A DNA stretch of 64,000 nucleotides, taken from Azolla caroliniana (taxonomy: Eukaryota > Plantae > Polypodiophyta). The translations under genes and the position numbers were made by a program. The stretch covers positions 7,998,001 to 8,062,000 of the forward strand of contig JBHGNT010000018.1 of assembly GCA_043228905.1 (NCBI GenBank), read 5' to 3'. Positions 25,136 to 38,326 of the stretch are shown here, one piece after another. The notes under the pieces were generated by a model. That model saw only the letters and a program-made list of their open reading frames with translations, did no database searches and was not told the DNA's origin. Each line of letters opens with the position of its first letter. The stretch's first letter is position 1.

Positions 25136-26773
25136 TGTCACATAAGGGAATGCCTCCTATCTCCAAGCAAGAACATCGTCTCCTTCCAAACGGGCAATGG
25201 GGTGAGGTCCGAGAACCTCGTTGCAACAACACTCGAATCACATCCCGCTGACCTCGATGAACCCCAAGGCGTGAAACTGCCCAACCAAACAGAACGCCAG
25301 CGCAACGCTAACATTAGAAAAAATACACCCACACCACGTAAATGGGTGAACATCCACGCGGTGTTCGCTGAAGGACCACACCATGGAGAATGTGCTATTT
25401 GGCGAGTCAGAAAAGCACTCACAACCGCCCAAGGTTGGCACAAAGGCACCACTAGCTTCTAGGTCCCGAAACGAAGCCGGCTCCCCACTCGCGATCATAC
25501 CACGACTACATGGGACGCCCGAAAATTGCGCGCATCGGTCAAATACCCCGCCCAGGTTCAGGCCGCAGAAATCGACAAGCCTAAATAGCTAGGATGCCGA
25601 ATGCCCCATAGAAGTGCTTCACAAGCCCTCCCCATCCCTTCGACAAAAACTTCACGGGTCTGGGTCCTTAAACGGTACGGGTCTAGGTCCTTGAATGACA
25701 CACCCCCCACATCCACCCCCTCAAGTCTTCCCAAAAGCTCTTAATTCCCCCAAACCCTCACAACACCCCCTATGGACCCCCGTCCAACCCTACCGTCCGC
25801 ATACAAACCTTAGCCACGTCACAGTTTTTAACCCGCCCCCTCCCTTATACCATGCCGACCCGTCTCCCCCCTCGACCTCTTGTAGACCATAACCCCCCGT
25901 AAAGTCTACGTATTCTTATCATCGAGTTACCCTTTAGTTTTAGGGGTACCATGAACGATTATTTTTCACTACTCATTGCGGTCGAACTATTTTGGGTTCA
26001 GCTCGTACTACGCCACATAGTCGCCTTGGGTTTTCTATCCTTGTGTTTTAATTTTAGTTTTGACCATTGTGTTTTTATGAGTCGTCTCGGTTGTTTTCGC
26101 CATTGTTTGCGTTCTATTTCCTAACTTTGATTGTTTTTTATCTATCACCGTCTCACGTCGTTTTTTTTCGGCTTCATGTTTTCCTTGTTGTTGTGGTCGT
26201 TTTTTAAAACTCGTCTCGGTTCGTTCCTTTTTCTTCTTCCCCTCTCTCTCTCTCTCTCTCTTTTACTTTGTTCCGGTTTCTTTTATTTCCTTCCTCCTTC
26301 CCCCCACAACCCGTTTTTCTTCCTCCTTCCCCTTAGAACCCTTTCTTTTTCCTCCTCCCCCTCACGACCCTCTCTGTTTCCTGCAGCGTTTCTCCTTCCT
26401 TCCCCTCACAACCCTTTCTTCCTGCTACCCCTCACAACCATCTCTACTTTCGGCAACGTTTCCCCCTCCGCCCTCGGCACTCACGCTCCTGCCACCGCCT
26501 CGTCTTCTGCACGTTGTGTCTACCTACTCCTCGGGTAGGCCTCCTCCTCTGTTTTCCTTCCCAGTCACATCCACGCCTCCTCCTCTTCACCTCTACGTCT
26601 TACCGCCTGTTATCTTTCGTTACTTCGTTCTTCTTTCTGCCTTCATCGGTCCCCGACAACGACATGCACTTCGTTTCCCCTCGTGGCGGCCACGTCATTT
26701 CCCCACCTCCTCATGTTGTTGGACGTTAAAGGGCCACTGCACACACAGCCTCATCATTTTTCTTTACCACCGC

Positions 26774-26980
26774 TTCGAGGAGTCTAACTCCTCGAACCCC
26801 CCTACCCCGGTTCGAGGAGTCTAACTCCTCACCAGTTCGAGGAGTCTACCTCCTCGAACCCCCCTAACCCTAGTTCGAGGAGCCTAACGCCTCGAACCCC
26901 CTACCCCGGTTCGAGGGGGCCTCGAACCCCTCACCAGTTCGAGGAGCCTAACTCCCTGAACCCCCCACCAGTTCAAGGAG
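26774..26980. repeat. Array of about 6 palindromic units TTCGAGGAG-TCTAA-CTCCTCGAA with C-rich linkers
   Basis: Directly visible; units decay towards the right. Confidence 0.9.
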
Positions 26981-27106
26981 AGATGCCCTACCCGCTCACA
27001 CCGTCGATCCCGCTAACCCTTTAAACCCCCATCCCTCTACCCAGTCAATAGGGTTTAGTCCACCAGATTTAACTATGCTAATCCTTTTTCCCGCATGTTG
27101 TAATCC

Positions 27107-27731
27107 ATGACATCCACTCAACTCATCAAACTCCTACACGCGTACTACCCCGACGCCGGTTGCGATTCCTTGGTCATTCCGGTTGTGTTCAACAACACCC
27201 AATATACTTATCGGGTACCGTCGGCCACCACGCAACTCAAGTACCTCGAACCCGACATGTTCGACACCCTTTCTCGACTCGGGCTCAAGTTCTTCCTCGG
27301 GATTGGCCCGTGGGGCGTCCTACCCGAGCTAGTCAATCGGTTCCTCGCAGGGTTCAACCCCGATACTGGCCACGTCGATATGCACGCCTTCGTGAATTCC
27401 CCATCCGTCGAATTCCAGTTCAAAGTCCCTGACGTTTGCGCTACGCTACATTTACCAATGGATGGCATCCCCTTCCGCACCATGAAGACCCTGGTGTCGT
27501 CCCTGGCATCATCCCCACAACTTACTCTAAATATTCCGGGCGTGAAGGTTGGCATTACACCAAAATTCCCCTCCACCTCCAAGATCGTTGTAGCACGATT
27601 GCCCAGATAGGTGACACCACATCTACTGATGCCACCGCCCGCATCACCGGCGAGTTCCTCAAGTGGGCACATGATCCTCAATTGGTCCAATGGGCTCACA
27701 AGCTTGTTCGACGGGTCAGAGAATGGCAAAC
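27107..27731 (+). pseudogene. Extra 3' ORF of element E, unknown function; continues at 31556 after element H
   Basis: ORF with PELVNRFLAGF..DVCATLHLP, reminiscent of extra ORFs of non-chromovirus gypsy elements; same C/A-rich composition as E. Confidence 0.55.
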
Positions 27732-30700
27732 TGTCAGGAATAGTACTAAATAGAGAGAGAATTAATACTAGAGAAGAGAAGTACTATTAGTACTAAGAGG
27801 ACGGGACTGCGTAAGATTCCTGAAAGAGGAAGTGAGAAGAGGAGAGAGAGAGAGATAGCGAGAATGAGAGAGAGAGAAAGATGATGACAACAGCTAATAT
27901 ATTATGTGAAAGATAAGTACAAAGTGGCTAAGATGTTTAAGACTGGCGTTGAACCAATTTGGTTCAACATAATGCCTAGTGCCCTCTTTTATAGTGTTCT
28001 CAAGAATAATCCTGAAGCTTCTAGAATGTTCCAGAGAGATCTGGAATATACATCAATTTTCTATGATAAAGCATAAATGAAAATAATATCCTACGTATTA
28101 CAATTCATAGTCTAATGGTAAGAGCTCGACTCATGTAGCATAAGGTCATGGGTTCGAGTCTTGCCATATCATGACACTATGTCCCCCTTAAAGACGACGA
28201 GTGGAACAAGTCGGTGCTGATTGCGGACCGGGTTTGTTCGGATACTTTCGGTGGAAATCAGCAAGAAGATCCTGAGTATTGGCAACATGCTCAACGGGTT
28301 CCCAAGTACGTTCGCTCGGACTATAACCGAGCCAATCGACCAAATAATAAAGTTTGTTGCGAACAAGTTTGGAATCGAGGATGGCGGCAACTTTATACTC
28401 CGGGCTGGCGTCCAACTCCAACAGGGGCGGTGGTGGTGTAACACGATCGGGAATGGTGTTTGCTTTATAAGGTTCAAGAAGAGAACAATGGAAAATCGAA
28501 TGTATCTGAAGCTGCGGAGGGAGATCAAGGCGGAATGTGACATCAATAACCTTACCCGTAATACGGAAAGGACCGAGTCGTTGATAATCCAACTTGTCAC
28601 ACAGTCGAGTAGTCTTGATGTGACAACGTAAGAGCCATACTCGATATCCGATCGCAAAAGAGGAGGGAAGCCGATGAAGATCCGCATAAGTCTTTTGTGT
28701 CTGTTGAGCATGACGAAGATGAGTCGAGAGATCTGTCTAGATCTTGCGTAGTCTCTCCAAATGATCCCCGGCACGAGGATTGGTAGGTAGCTCCGGGGTG
28801 TCGATCACCGACCAGCGAGGATGAGAACCGGTATAAGCGTAGAATGGGGAGACTCGAGTCGAGGAGTGAACAACATTATTATACGCAAACTCCGCAAAGT
28901 GGAGAATCTCAGCCCAATCGTCCTGTTGATAACTCAAGAAACACCGGAGATATTGCTCCAGCGTTTGGTTTGTTTGTTCCGCCTGCCCATCGGTCTGAGG
29001 ATGGTAGCCGGAGGAGAGGTTGCAAGAGACCTTGAGCATCTTGAAGAGATGCTGCCAAAATTTGAAGACAAATTGCGGTCCTCGGTCACTGATGATACTG
29101 TCTGGGAGGCCTTGATGTCGAAATACCTCACGCATGACAAGGGCAGCGGTTTCCTAGCTAGTGATGGCCTTAGTACACGGCACAAAATGTGCCATCTTCA
29201 TATATCGATCGACAACGGTTAAGATAGCATCAAACCCCTTCGAGACCGGTAGATTTGTGATGAAATCAAGACAAATAGACTGCCACGACTTACTTGGAAT
29301 CGGTAAGGGTTCCAACAAGCCATATGGATGGTGTCGTGGCATCTTTGCTCGGCAGCAAGCATCACAGGTCCAAACGTAGTCGTCGACAAAACGGCGCATG
29401 TGAGGCCACCAAAAAGATCGTTGCACTAACTCCAACGTCTTAGTACTAGCAACAATTTGAAGGCGACAGGAGCAATCGGGGACATATACGCGCTTTTTAA
29501 AGAATAACAAACCATCATGATATTCGAATTGTCGGTAGTCAATACTTGGTTGTTGAGACTGAGAACAAGATGCCCGAGAAGTATCAATGTGCGCCAGGAT
29601 GTCTTGAGCAAAACTATCCGTCTTCAAATTTGCAGGTATGTCATCGGTAATCCGTGAATCCATCAGGGAGTGAAAAATTCGTGTCGTGTGCAATCGTGTT
29701 GGTCCCAAGATTACTTGCTTTTGATTATCAAATGCTGGATCACCAAGACGAGGTGCAAGATATGAACGTCGTGATAGTGCATCTGCTTTTCCTTGCTGCT
29801 TCCCCGGTCAATATGTGATTTTGAAGTCGAAACGCGTGAGGAATTGCGCCCACCGAGCTTGCCGTCGATTTAGTACGCGAGCGTTCTGGAAATAAGCAAG
29901 ATTTTTATGATCACTAAAGACAATGACCTGATGTGGAGAGCCCTCTAAGAAATGTCGTCATTGCACAAATGAATCCACGATGGCTAATAACTCCTTGTCA
30001 TGTATTTCGTAGTTGATTTCCGCAACATCGAATTTGCGCGAATGGAAAGCCACAGGATGCAACTCTTCTTTATCTGCTTGTTTAGAAGGGATGCTGCCGA
30101 GGGCGAAATCTGATGCGTTGGCCTCCATGGTGAATGGTTTGTTTGTATCCAGATGAGCTAGAATTGGTGCTGATGTAAAGGCTTTCTTAAGATGCCGAAA
30201 AGCCATATCTGCTTCAATGGACCAAAGAAATGCTTGTCCCTTCTTTGTAAGTTGTGTGAGAGGTAAAATAATCTTCGAGTAATCCTATATAAACTTACGG
30301 TAGAAGTTAGCAAAAACCAGAAAACATTGTACATCTTGTACCGACCGTGGAATTTGCCACTCTTGTACAGTTTGGACTTTAGCTGGATCCATGGCGATGC
30401 CCTTTGAGGAGATGATGTAGCCTAGAAATTCAAGTTGCTTGTAGTCAAAGCTACATTTTTCTGGCTTGGCATAAAGACCATTCTCGCGGAGTCACTTTAG
30501 TACTAATAGTACATGAGAATCATGCTCTTCCTGGGTCTTCGAATAAATCAATAGATCATCCAGATAGATGATCAAACAGATATCCAAGAGGTCTCTGAAT
30601 ATATCATTTGCCATGTGTTAGAAGACTGCGGGTGCATTGGTTAGGCCAAACGACATAACAGTATACTCGAAATGCCCATACCGCGTGCGAAAGGCGGTCT

Positions 30701-31550
30701 TCCATTCATCTCCCGGTTGGATCCACACGAGGTTATACACTCCTCGTAGATCGATTTTGGTAAAAAACTTGGCACCATTAACTCGCTCTAAAAGACTTGA
30801 TATAAGAGGAAGTGCATACCTATTCCGGATGGTGACCTTATTCAATCCGCGGTAATCAACGACGAGACGAAGTGAGCCATCTTTCTTTCTGACAAAGAAG
30901 ATGGGTGCATTGGCCGGAGATTTCGAATGACGGATGAACCCGCTTGCCAAGTTCTCCTCTATGTAGCCTCGAAGGACTTCTAACTCGGTGGGTGGCAAGT
31001 TGTAAATTGGTTCACATGGTGGCTCGGTTCCTGGTTGTAAATCGATGGGATAGTCATAGGTTCGGTGATGAGGAAGGGTACCGGCTTTTACCTTGTCAAA
31101 TACATCGGCAACAAGTTTCCTCTTAGCCACTTTGTACTTATCTTTCACATAATATATTAGCTGTTGTCATCATCTTTCTCTCTCTCTCATTCTCGCTATC
31201 TCTCTCTCTCCTCTTCTCACTTCCTCTTTCGGGAATCTTACGCAGTCCCGTCCTCTTAGTACTAATAGTACTTCTCTTCTCTAGTACTAATTCTCTCTCT
31301 GTTTAGTACTATTCCTGACAGTTTGAACCAATTTGGTTCAACATAATGCCTAGTGCCCTCTTTTATAGTGTTCTCAGGAATAATCCTGAAGTTTCTAGAA
31401 TGTTCCAGAGAGATCTGGAATATACATCAATTTTCTATGATAAAGCATAAATGAAAATAATATTTTATGTATTACAATTCATAGTCTAATGGTAAGAGCT
31501 CGACCTATGTAGCATAAGGTCATGGGTTCGAGTCTTACTATATCATGACA
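27732..31550 (-). mobile_element. Tcn1-like chromovirus H with gag/protease deleted and a rearranged 5' LTR
   Basis: TSD CAAAC; 3' LTR 27732-28176; RT, RH, INT and chromodomain remnants 28188-31110; 31121-31320 is an inverted copy of 27732-27932. Confidence 0.93.
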
Positions 31551-32478
31551 CAAACACGGCTCAAATCGGTAGTCAATTTCGCGTGGTTCCTCACTCGTTA
31601 CTTGTGCGCAAAGTTCAACATCGGGCATCCAACCCCTCCTTTTATACGCTGCCAGGAACGATACCGCAAGATAACTGTATCAGGCCAACCCGAGCAGCTC
31701 CGCATCCTCGAACGTGACTTCTTAAGATAGGTACACCAAGGTGAACGAGAATGGCCACTGATGCACAAACAACCCCAAATGACCCACGTGAAGGCTGAAG
31801 ATACCCTCAATACACATGAGGATATCACAAATCGTGTTAAGAATTCCAGACACGCGAATTAACTCCCACCGAAATCCAGGTCTTGTTTACTACTTTCCAC
31901 TATGTGTCTAATCAGACCATGACCACGACCCCTCGTACTTGCAGCTTCACCACCGAATCAATTATTCGTGACCTACGGAACCCGATAACCCTACCTCTCC
32001 CAACCTCACCAACCTCTCTTCCCCGAGAATCCCCACTTGCCAGCCCTGGCACAAACACCCAGCCATCACCCCCCATGACCATTGATGACACGCCACAACC
32101 TCGACCTCATAAGCTCGCCCATCACATAACCCCCTCCGTCCTCTCGAGAACCCCAACCCAGCATTGTCCACAAGCCCGATCATCACCTCTCAACCCACCA
32201 TCGCTCTCACCCAGATGACAACCCATCCACCACCCCGCTTGGCCTCCATTCACTGCTCTACCCCACTCACTGCCGCCACCGCCCACCCTAACCCATCTCT
32301 CGCCAACCCCCCCGAAACCCTTAGCTGACATGGTGGCTGACATCCTCAAGATGACATCTGTCGTTGTTGGCCGGTCAGAAGAGCAAGGACAAGTGGGAAG
32401 GCGGAGTCGGATCGGATAATAGGAAGTAAATAATAGTAGAATTATTATTCGGAGGGATGGATCCGGTACAGTTGTACC

Positions 32479-34405
32479 TGTTGATGGTTTTAGGGTTAGG
32501 GTTAATGATTATGGTGATAAAGATAGGAATAGGGTTAGGGTTTGTTAATAATACGAATATGGAAATGATTAGCATTGCGAGATTGATGATGACATTGATA
32601 GTGATGAAGATGGAAACAATGTGATGGCGAGATTGATAAGCATTATGGGGTTGAGAGCATGATTACGATGTGCATTGAGAAGCATTGTGGGGTGGGGGGT
32701 GGTGCCTAGAATGGCTCCACCCCCCTCCCAAGGGGTTCAACGTTATGGGAGAGAGAGAGAGAGAGAGAGAGAGGAAGAGAGAGAGAACTATTGCTTTTTT
32801 TTTTCATTTCTTTCTTTTCTTTTCTTCTCATTCTTCCTTCTTCTTCATGCGTTTTCTCCCGTTTCTCTCTCTTTTCTTGTTCTTAATGTTTCTCATTCTT
32901 TCTTCATCTTTCTTCTTCCTAATGTTATATTCATCTTTATCTATTGTTGTTTGGTTGCCATCCGATCACCAACATCTATTTCCAGCCCTTCCGACCATTT
33001 CCTTGGTCGTTTGTCCGGCCGCCGGCCATTCCACCGCTCCGCTTCATTGTTCGACGATTTCGGCTATTCCGGCCGTCTTTCTCACGTCGATATTTGGCCG
33101 CCAGGGCTGTTTTGCCACTCTAGCCATTCCGACGCCGCCACTCTTGGCCGCCGCAATTTTGACCGCTATTTGGCCCATCCGGCCGTCGTTTGGCCGTTGC
33201 TTTTGTTGGTTTCGATCATCGGTTGGCTGCCACCACGATCGACATCGCTCTTCGTCCACCTCCCTCCATTCATTCCGATTGCCGCTGTTCATTCCGATTG
33301 CCGCCGTTCATTCCGGCCTCTCTCCGGTCATTGTGGCCACTCCTCGGCCACTCCGGTTGCTCGTTCGATCGTCTCGATGCTATTCTTCTTTTTTTCTTTG
33401 CCATCATCACGGGCTCCGTTCCCTTATTCCATCACCGTCTTCGTTTGTCTCCATTTCCCGCACCACTCTTTCTCGCACATTCGTATTGCCACATCTCATT
33501 CATTGACATTATCTAGCATATTGTAACCGCCATTTACCATACATTGTTGATTCGATTTCGCCCACATTATTATCACCATTTATCGCACATTTCACATTTA
33601 CGTTGTCATCGTGCATCCTTCTTTGACTTCTTCTCTAAGGATGGTCGGCCGTAGGGCGTGCCAAAATAGTGTTGATGGTTTTAGGGTTAGGGTTAATGAT
33701 TATGGTGATAAAGATAGGAATAGGGTTAGGGTTTGTTAATAATACGAATATGGAAATGATTAGCATTGCGAGATTGATGATGACATTGATAGTGATGAAG
33801 ATGGAAACAATGTGATGGCGAGATTGATAAGCATTATGGGGTTGAGAGCATGATTACGATGTGCATTGAGAAGCATTGTGGGGTGGGGGGTGGTGCCTAG
33901 AATGGCTCCACCCCCCTCCCAAGGGGTTCAACGTTATGGGAGAGAGAGAGAGAGAGAGAGAGAGGAAGAGAGAGAGAACTATTGCTTTTTTTTTTTCATT
34001 TCTTTCTTTTCTTTTCTTCTCATTCTTCCTTCTTCTTCATGCGTTTTCTCCCGTTTCTCTCTCTTTTCTTGTTCTTAATGTTTCTCATTCTTTCTTCATC
34101 TTTCTTCTTCCTAATGTTATATTCATCTTTATCTATTGTTGTTTGGTTGCCATCCGATCACCAACATCTATTTCCAGCCCTTCCGACCATTTCCTTGGTC
34201 GTTTGTCCGGCCGCCGGCCATTCCACCGCTCCGCTTCATTGTTCGACGATTTCGGCTATTCCGGCCGTCTTTCTCACGTCGATATTTGGCCGCCCGCCAT
34301 AAGGTGTTGTCAGTTTTAGGGTTAACATTTATGATGATTGGTCATAATCAATCTCTCAATGCTTATCACCAATCATCATAAATGTTAACCCTAAAACTGA
34401 CAACA
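32479..34405 (-). mobile_element. Non-coding element D: tandem partial-LTR/internal units ending in a 101-bp palindrome
   Basis: TSD GTACC inside the first A LTR; 32479-33100 repeated at 33670-34293; PBS TGGCACGCCC on minus at 33654-33663; 38-bp perfect inverted repeat at 34305-34405. Confidence 0.9.
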
Positions 34406-34732
34406 GTACCGATCCGGATCCGGACCGATTCGGATGTCGGTTGCCTAAGCGCACCGATTGTAACCTTGCCGGATGCCTATAAAAGGATCCGATGATTTGT
34501 AAAGGGTTTGACGGAAGTAATACAATAGTAATTATTGCGTGTTTATCTGTATCTTCGTATTGTTTACCGTCTGTGCTTAATTGTAATCATCTTACGCGTG
34601 TAACCTAGCATCCAATCCTTACCACCCCTTTGGAGAAGTGTCGGATAGACACCTGTGTTGAGGCTAGTCCGGCCAGGCAGACAACACTATTTTGGTGACC
34701 ACGATGGGATTACGAGGCCCAGGCACAGATCT

Positions 34733-37490
34733 GAAGGAATCATTTCTCTCTCTCTCTCTCTCTCTCTCTTGTCATCTCTCTTCCTATCTCTCTCCCTCAA
34801 CGTTGAACCCCCTTGGGAGGGGGGTGGAGCCATTCTAGGCACCACCTCCCACCCCACAATGCTTCTCAACGATTCTCAACATCTTCATGCCAATCTCTCT
34901 TACCATCATACTCTCCATTATCTTCGCTATTACGCCATGTCTATCTTTTTCATTGATAATCCTCATCGTCCTTAACCCTAACCCTAAAACGTATAACACC
35001 TTTTGGTGACCACTAAGTCGACCCCCCTTTGAAGATGAAGTCGAAGATGAATATGCGGCAAAGACATGGCGACAACGAAATGTGCGATAATGGTGACAAT
35101 GATGTACAAAGAATCTAATCGACGATGTGCAACAAATGGCAGTCACAATATGTGAGACAAAGTCGAGGAATGAGATGGTATGATGATGTGAAGGAAATGG
35201 TGATGTTGATGGGAAGTCATCGAGGAATGCAACACAATGAAGTTGTGCAAGAGGAAGTTATGAAATGATATGCAACAATAATACGCGAGAAATGGTAGAA
35301 ATGTGCGTGTAACAGCGATGATGATGAAATGATGACGTTGTGCGAGACTACAACAATGGCAATGACCGTGTGCAAGAGATGGGGAAAAGGTCAAAGAAAC
35401 AGGAGTAAAATACAATGATTACGATGATTATGATGTTGTGTCATTAGGGTTTCGGTTTGCGTCTTCTCCATTTCGAATCTTACCGATGAAAGAGATTCTG
35501 AAGGATGCAACATGATTAAGGAAGAAGACAGAACGAACTACCAAACTATAGAGACTATGGATTTCTGTTTGAATGGCATTCTCCCAATCATTCTATGTTC
35601 CCATCTTAGGAATTTCGAAGAGATGAATCTCTTGTGTTTTATGAGCAAACTGACACAGGCAAGCAAAATAGACTCAAGCGACACAACCGAAAAGAGCCGA
35701 AAAGACACAACCAAACCACGGCCAAGACGGTGATACGGAGATGGTGATAGAACAAGAGGCGACAGAGCACCTAAGAACGGTCCCAGTGGTTGAATGGCGT
35801 CGGAATGGAGGCGGCAGGACCTGATGACGCCAAACAACGACGGTGATGGAGATTGCCGGAAGCGGCCAGACAGCAGCCGAACGACAACCGGATGACGACT
35901 GAAGAGTGGCCAAGTGACGGAGCTCAGCCAAAACAGACGGCTACGCGACTGCAGACCGGCCGGACAGGGCCGGCGACGACGAGAGGGGCTTCAAGAATGG
36001 TCATCACCAACCGATAGAAGCCAAAGAGCGGCCGGAATGGTCGAACAAGATGGCAGTCGAACGTCATCCGGATGACGATTGAATAAAGTGGCCGGAGCAA
36101 CCGACGTGCTGGCGGCTAGACAACCGACGGTAGTAAGGAATAGAGATAGCCAGATAGAGATGCCAGCCCAGAGAATGGCTGGACAGGGCCGCGAGAGACG
36201 GCAACGACGCCACACGATGGTAGAACAACAACGGAAAGTGGCGGCCAGACAACCACATCCGAACATTGGAGGACACTGACTGCGACGACGACAGAACCGC
36301 AGCCAGAGACGGAAACAGAAACAAAAATAAAGACCGAGACGGAGATGAACAAAGAAGGCCATACAAACACACAGAGTGACAGCCACGGACAATGGACATA
36401 GAAGTGGTGAATGAAGAAGAGAAAGAAGAAGAAGATGAAGTCTGAGAAACAGAAAGAAGAGAGAGAAAGGCATAGACGGAAGAATAAGGAAGAACGGGAA
36501 TAAAGAATGAGGAAGAAGAAAGCAGGTGAGAAAGAAAGAAAGAAGTAGTAACAGAAATGAAAAAGAAGAGGGAAAGAAGAGAAGGAAAGAAGAAAAAGAA
36601 AGATGAGGGTATCAAACATAATTGTAAAAACCTGAGGGTATATAAGAAAATTTTAAAAATCAAAGGGCACCTATGAAATTTTGAAATCTCATCCACCTAA
36701 AGAAATGGACGTGATCAACCACGACAACTCACAAAATCAACAAAGAATAACATACATACACACAACATTTTTAAGGACCCGAAAGAGGATACCAAAGTTC
36801 GTAAGACGACAGAATGAGAATGAGAATGTCGCGGAAAAGTTGCTGAGCGATGGAGATGATCGAGTCAAGCGCTCCGATCGAGGGAGTCGATCGTTGAAAG
36901 GACCGATGGAAGTTCCGGTCGAAGAGATATCATCATCAAGGCATGTGGGATCGACGTGCAAGGCACTTTCCCACGGGCGTGCCATATTGTGTTACCCCGT
37001 ACGAGCTGTACGGAGAGTCAAGTGTGATGAGCGAGGGTCGAATATTATCATGATGATGTTGTATATGTGTAGGGAACATAAATGTAATTGTGAGTCGATA
37101 TGTATGTGAACACATGCACACGTGTGTGCATGTGGAGGGATACGATGAGGTGTGAGTGAGTGTCCAATATGAATGCTCTAGGGGGCTTACACCCCTTTGT
37201 ATCTACCCCCTCTTGTACTATTTAACCCCTTTATGGGGAATGAATGAGGAAGGAATCATTTCTCTCTCTCTCTCTCTCTCTCTCTTGTCATCTCTCTTCC
37301 TATCTCTCTCCCTCAACGTTGAACCCCCTTGCACCACCCCCCACCCCACAATGCTTCTCAACGATTCTCAACATCTTCATGCCAATCTCTCTTACCATCA
37401 TACTCTCCATTATCTTCGCTATTACGCCATGTCTATCTTTGTCATTGATAATCCTCATCGTCCTTAACCCTAACCCTAAAACGTATAACA
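34733..37490 (+). mobile_element. Non-coding element C (related to B) embedded in A; partial 5' LTR 34733-34998, 3' LTR 36990-37490
   Basis: LTR homology to B; PBS TGGTGACCAC at 35004-35013; no TSD, both junctions join A-internal sequence. Confidence 0.85.
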
Positions 37491-38326
37491 CCTTTTAGCA
37501 GGAGCAGACCGATGCCGGAGAAGAAGAAGAGCTGAGACCGGAAGACACCAGAGCAGAGGAAGAAGGCGTACCGAGCCAACCAGTCGAGACCGGAGAAAGC
37601 GACACGGGTAACAGAACAGAGCCTGGAACAGAGGGATAACAGGAAGAACCCGGACAAAGCGGTGAGGAAGCACCGGCACCACAGAATCAAGCAGAACCGG
37701 AGCAGCAAATTTTTACGGAACAGCCCACCCAACCGGAGGTCGGAGACTAGGTAGGCAAGGAATAGGAACAGGAGGAAGAAGCACCACTTGACACCATCGA
37801 GCAGAGTGTGCTCGATATTTTGGAGGAAGAATGAGGCCGGGAGTGGATTCGAAGTGCAACGCACTTTCCCAAGGGCGTGCCATGTGTTGGCCGGTCAGAA
37901 GAGCAAGGACAAGTGGGAAGGCGGAGTCGGATCGGATAATAGGAAGTAAATAATAGTAGAATTATTATTCGGAGGGACGGATCCGGTACAGTTGTACCGA
38001 TCCGAATCTGGACCGATTCGGATGTCGGTTGCCTAAGCGCACCGATTGTAACCTTGCCGGATGCCTATAAAAGGATCCGATGACTTGTAAAGGGTTTGAC
38101 GGAAGTAACACAATAGTAATTATTGCGTGTTTATCTGTATCTTCGTATTGTTTACCGTCTGTGCTTAATTGTTATCATCTTACGCGTGTAACCTAGCATC
38201 CAATCCTTACCACCCCTTTGGAGAAGTGTCGGATAGACACTTGTGTTGAGGCTAGTCCGGCCAGGCAGACAACACTATTTTGGCGACCACGATTCCTGCA
38301 AAGTGCAGAGGACAACCGGGGGATGG

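Noticed and set aside
26774-26980. CRISPR-like palindromic repeats with spacers
   Set aside because: Linkers are short and related to one another, there are no cas genes, and the context is a eukaryotic retroelement
32675-36696. Long F/S/L-rich ORFs suggesting membrane proteins
   Set aside because: Translations of CT/GA low-complexity sequence in non-coding elements C and D
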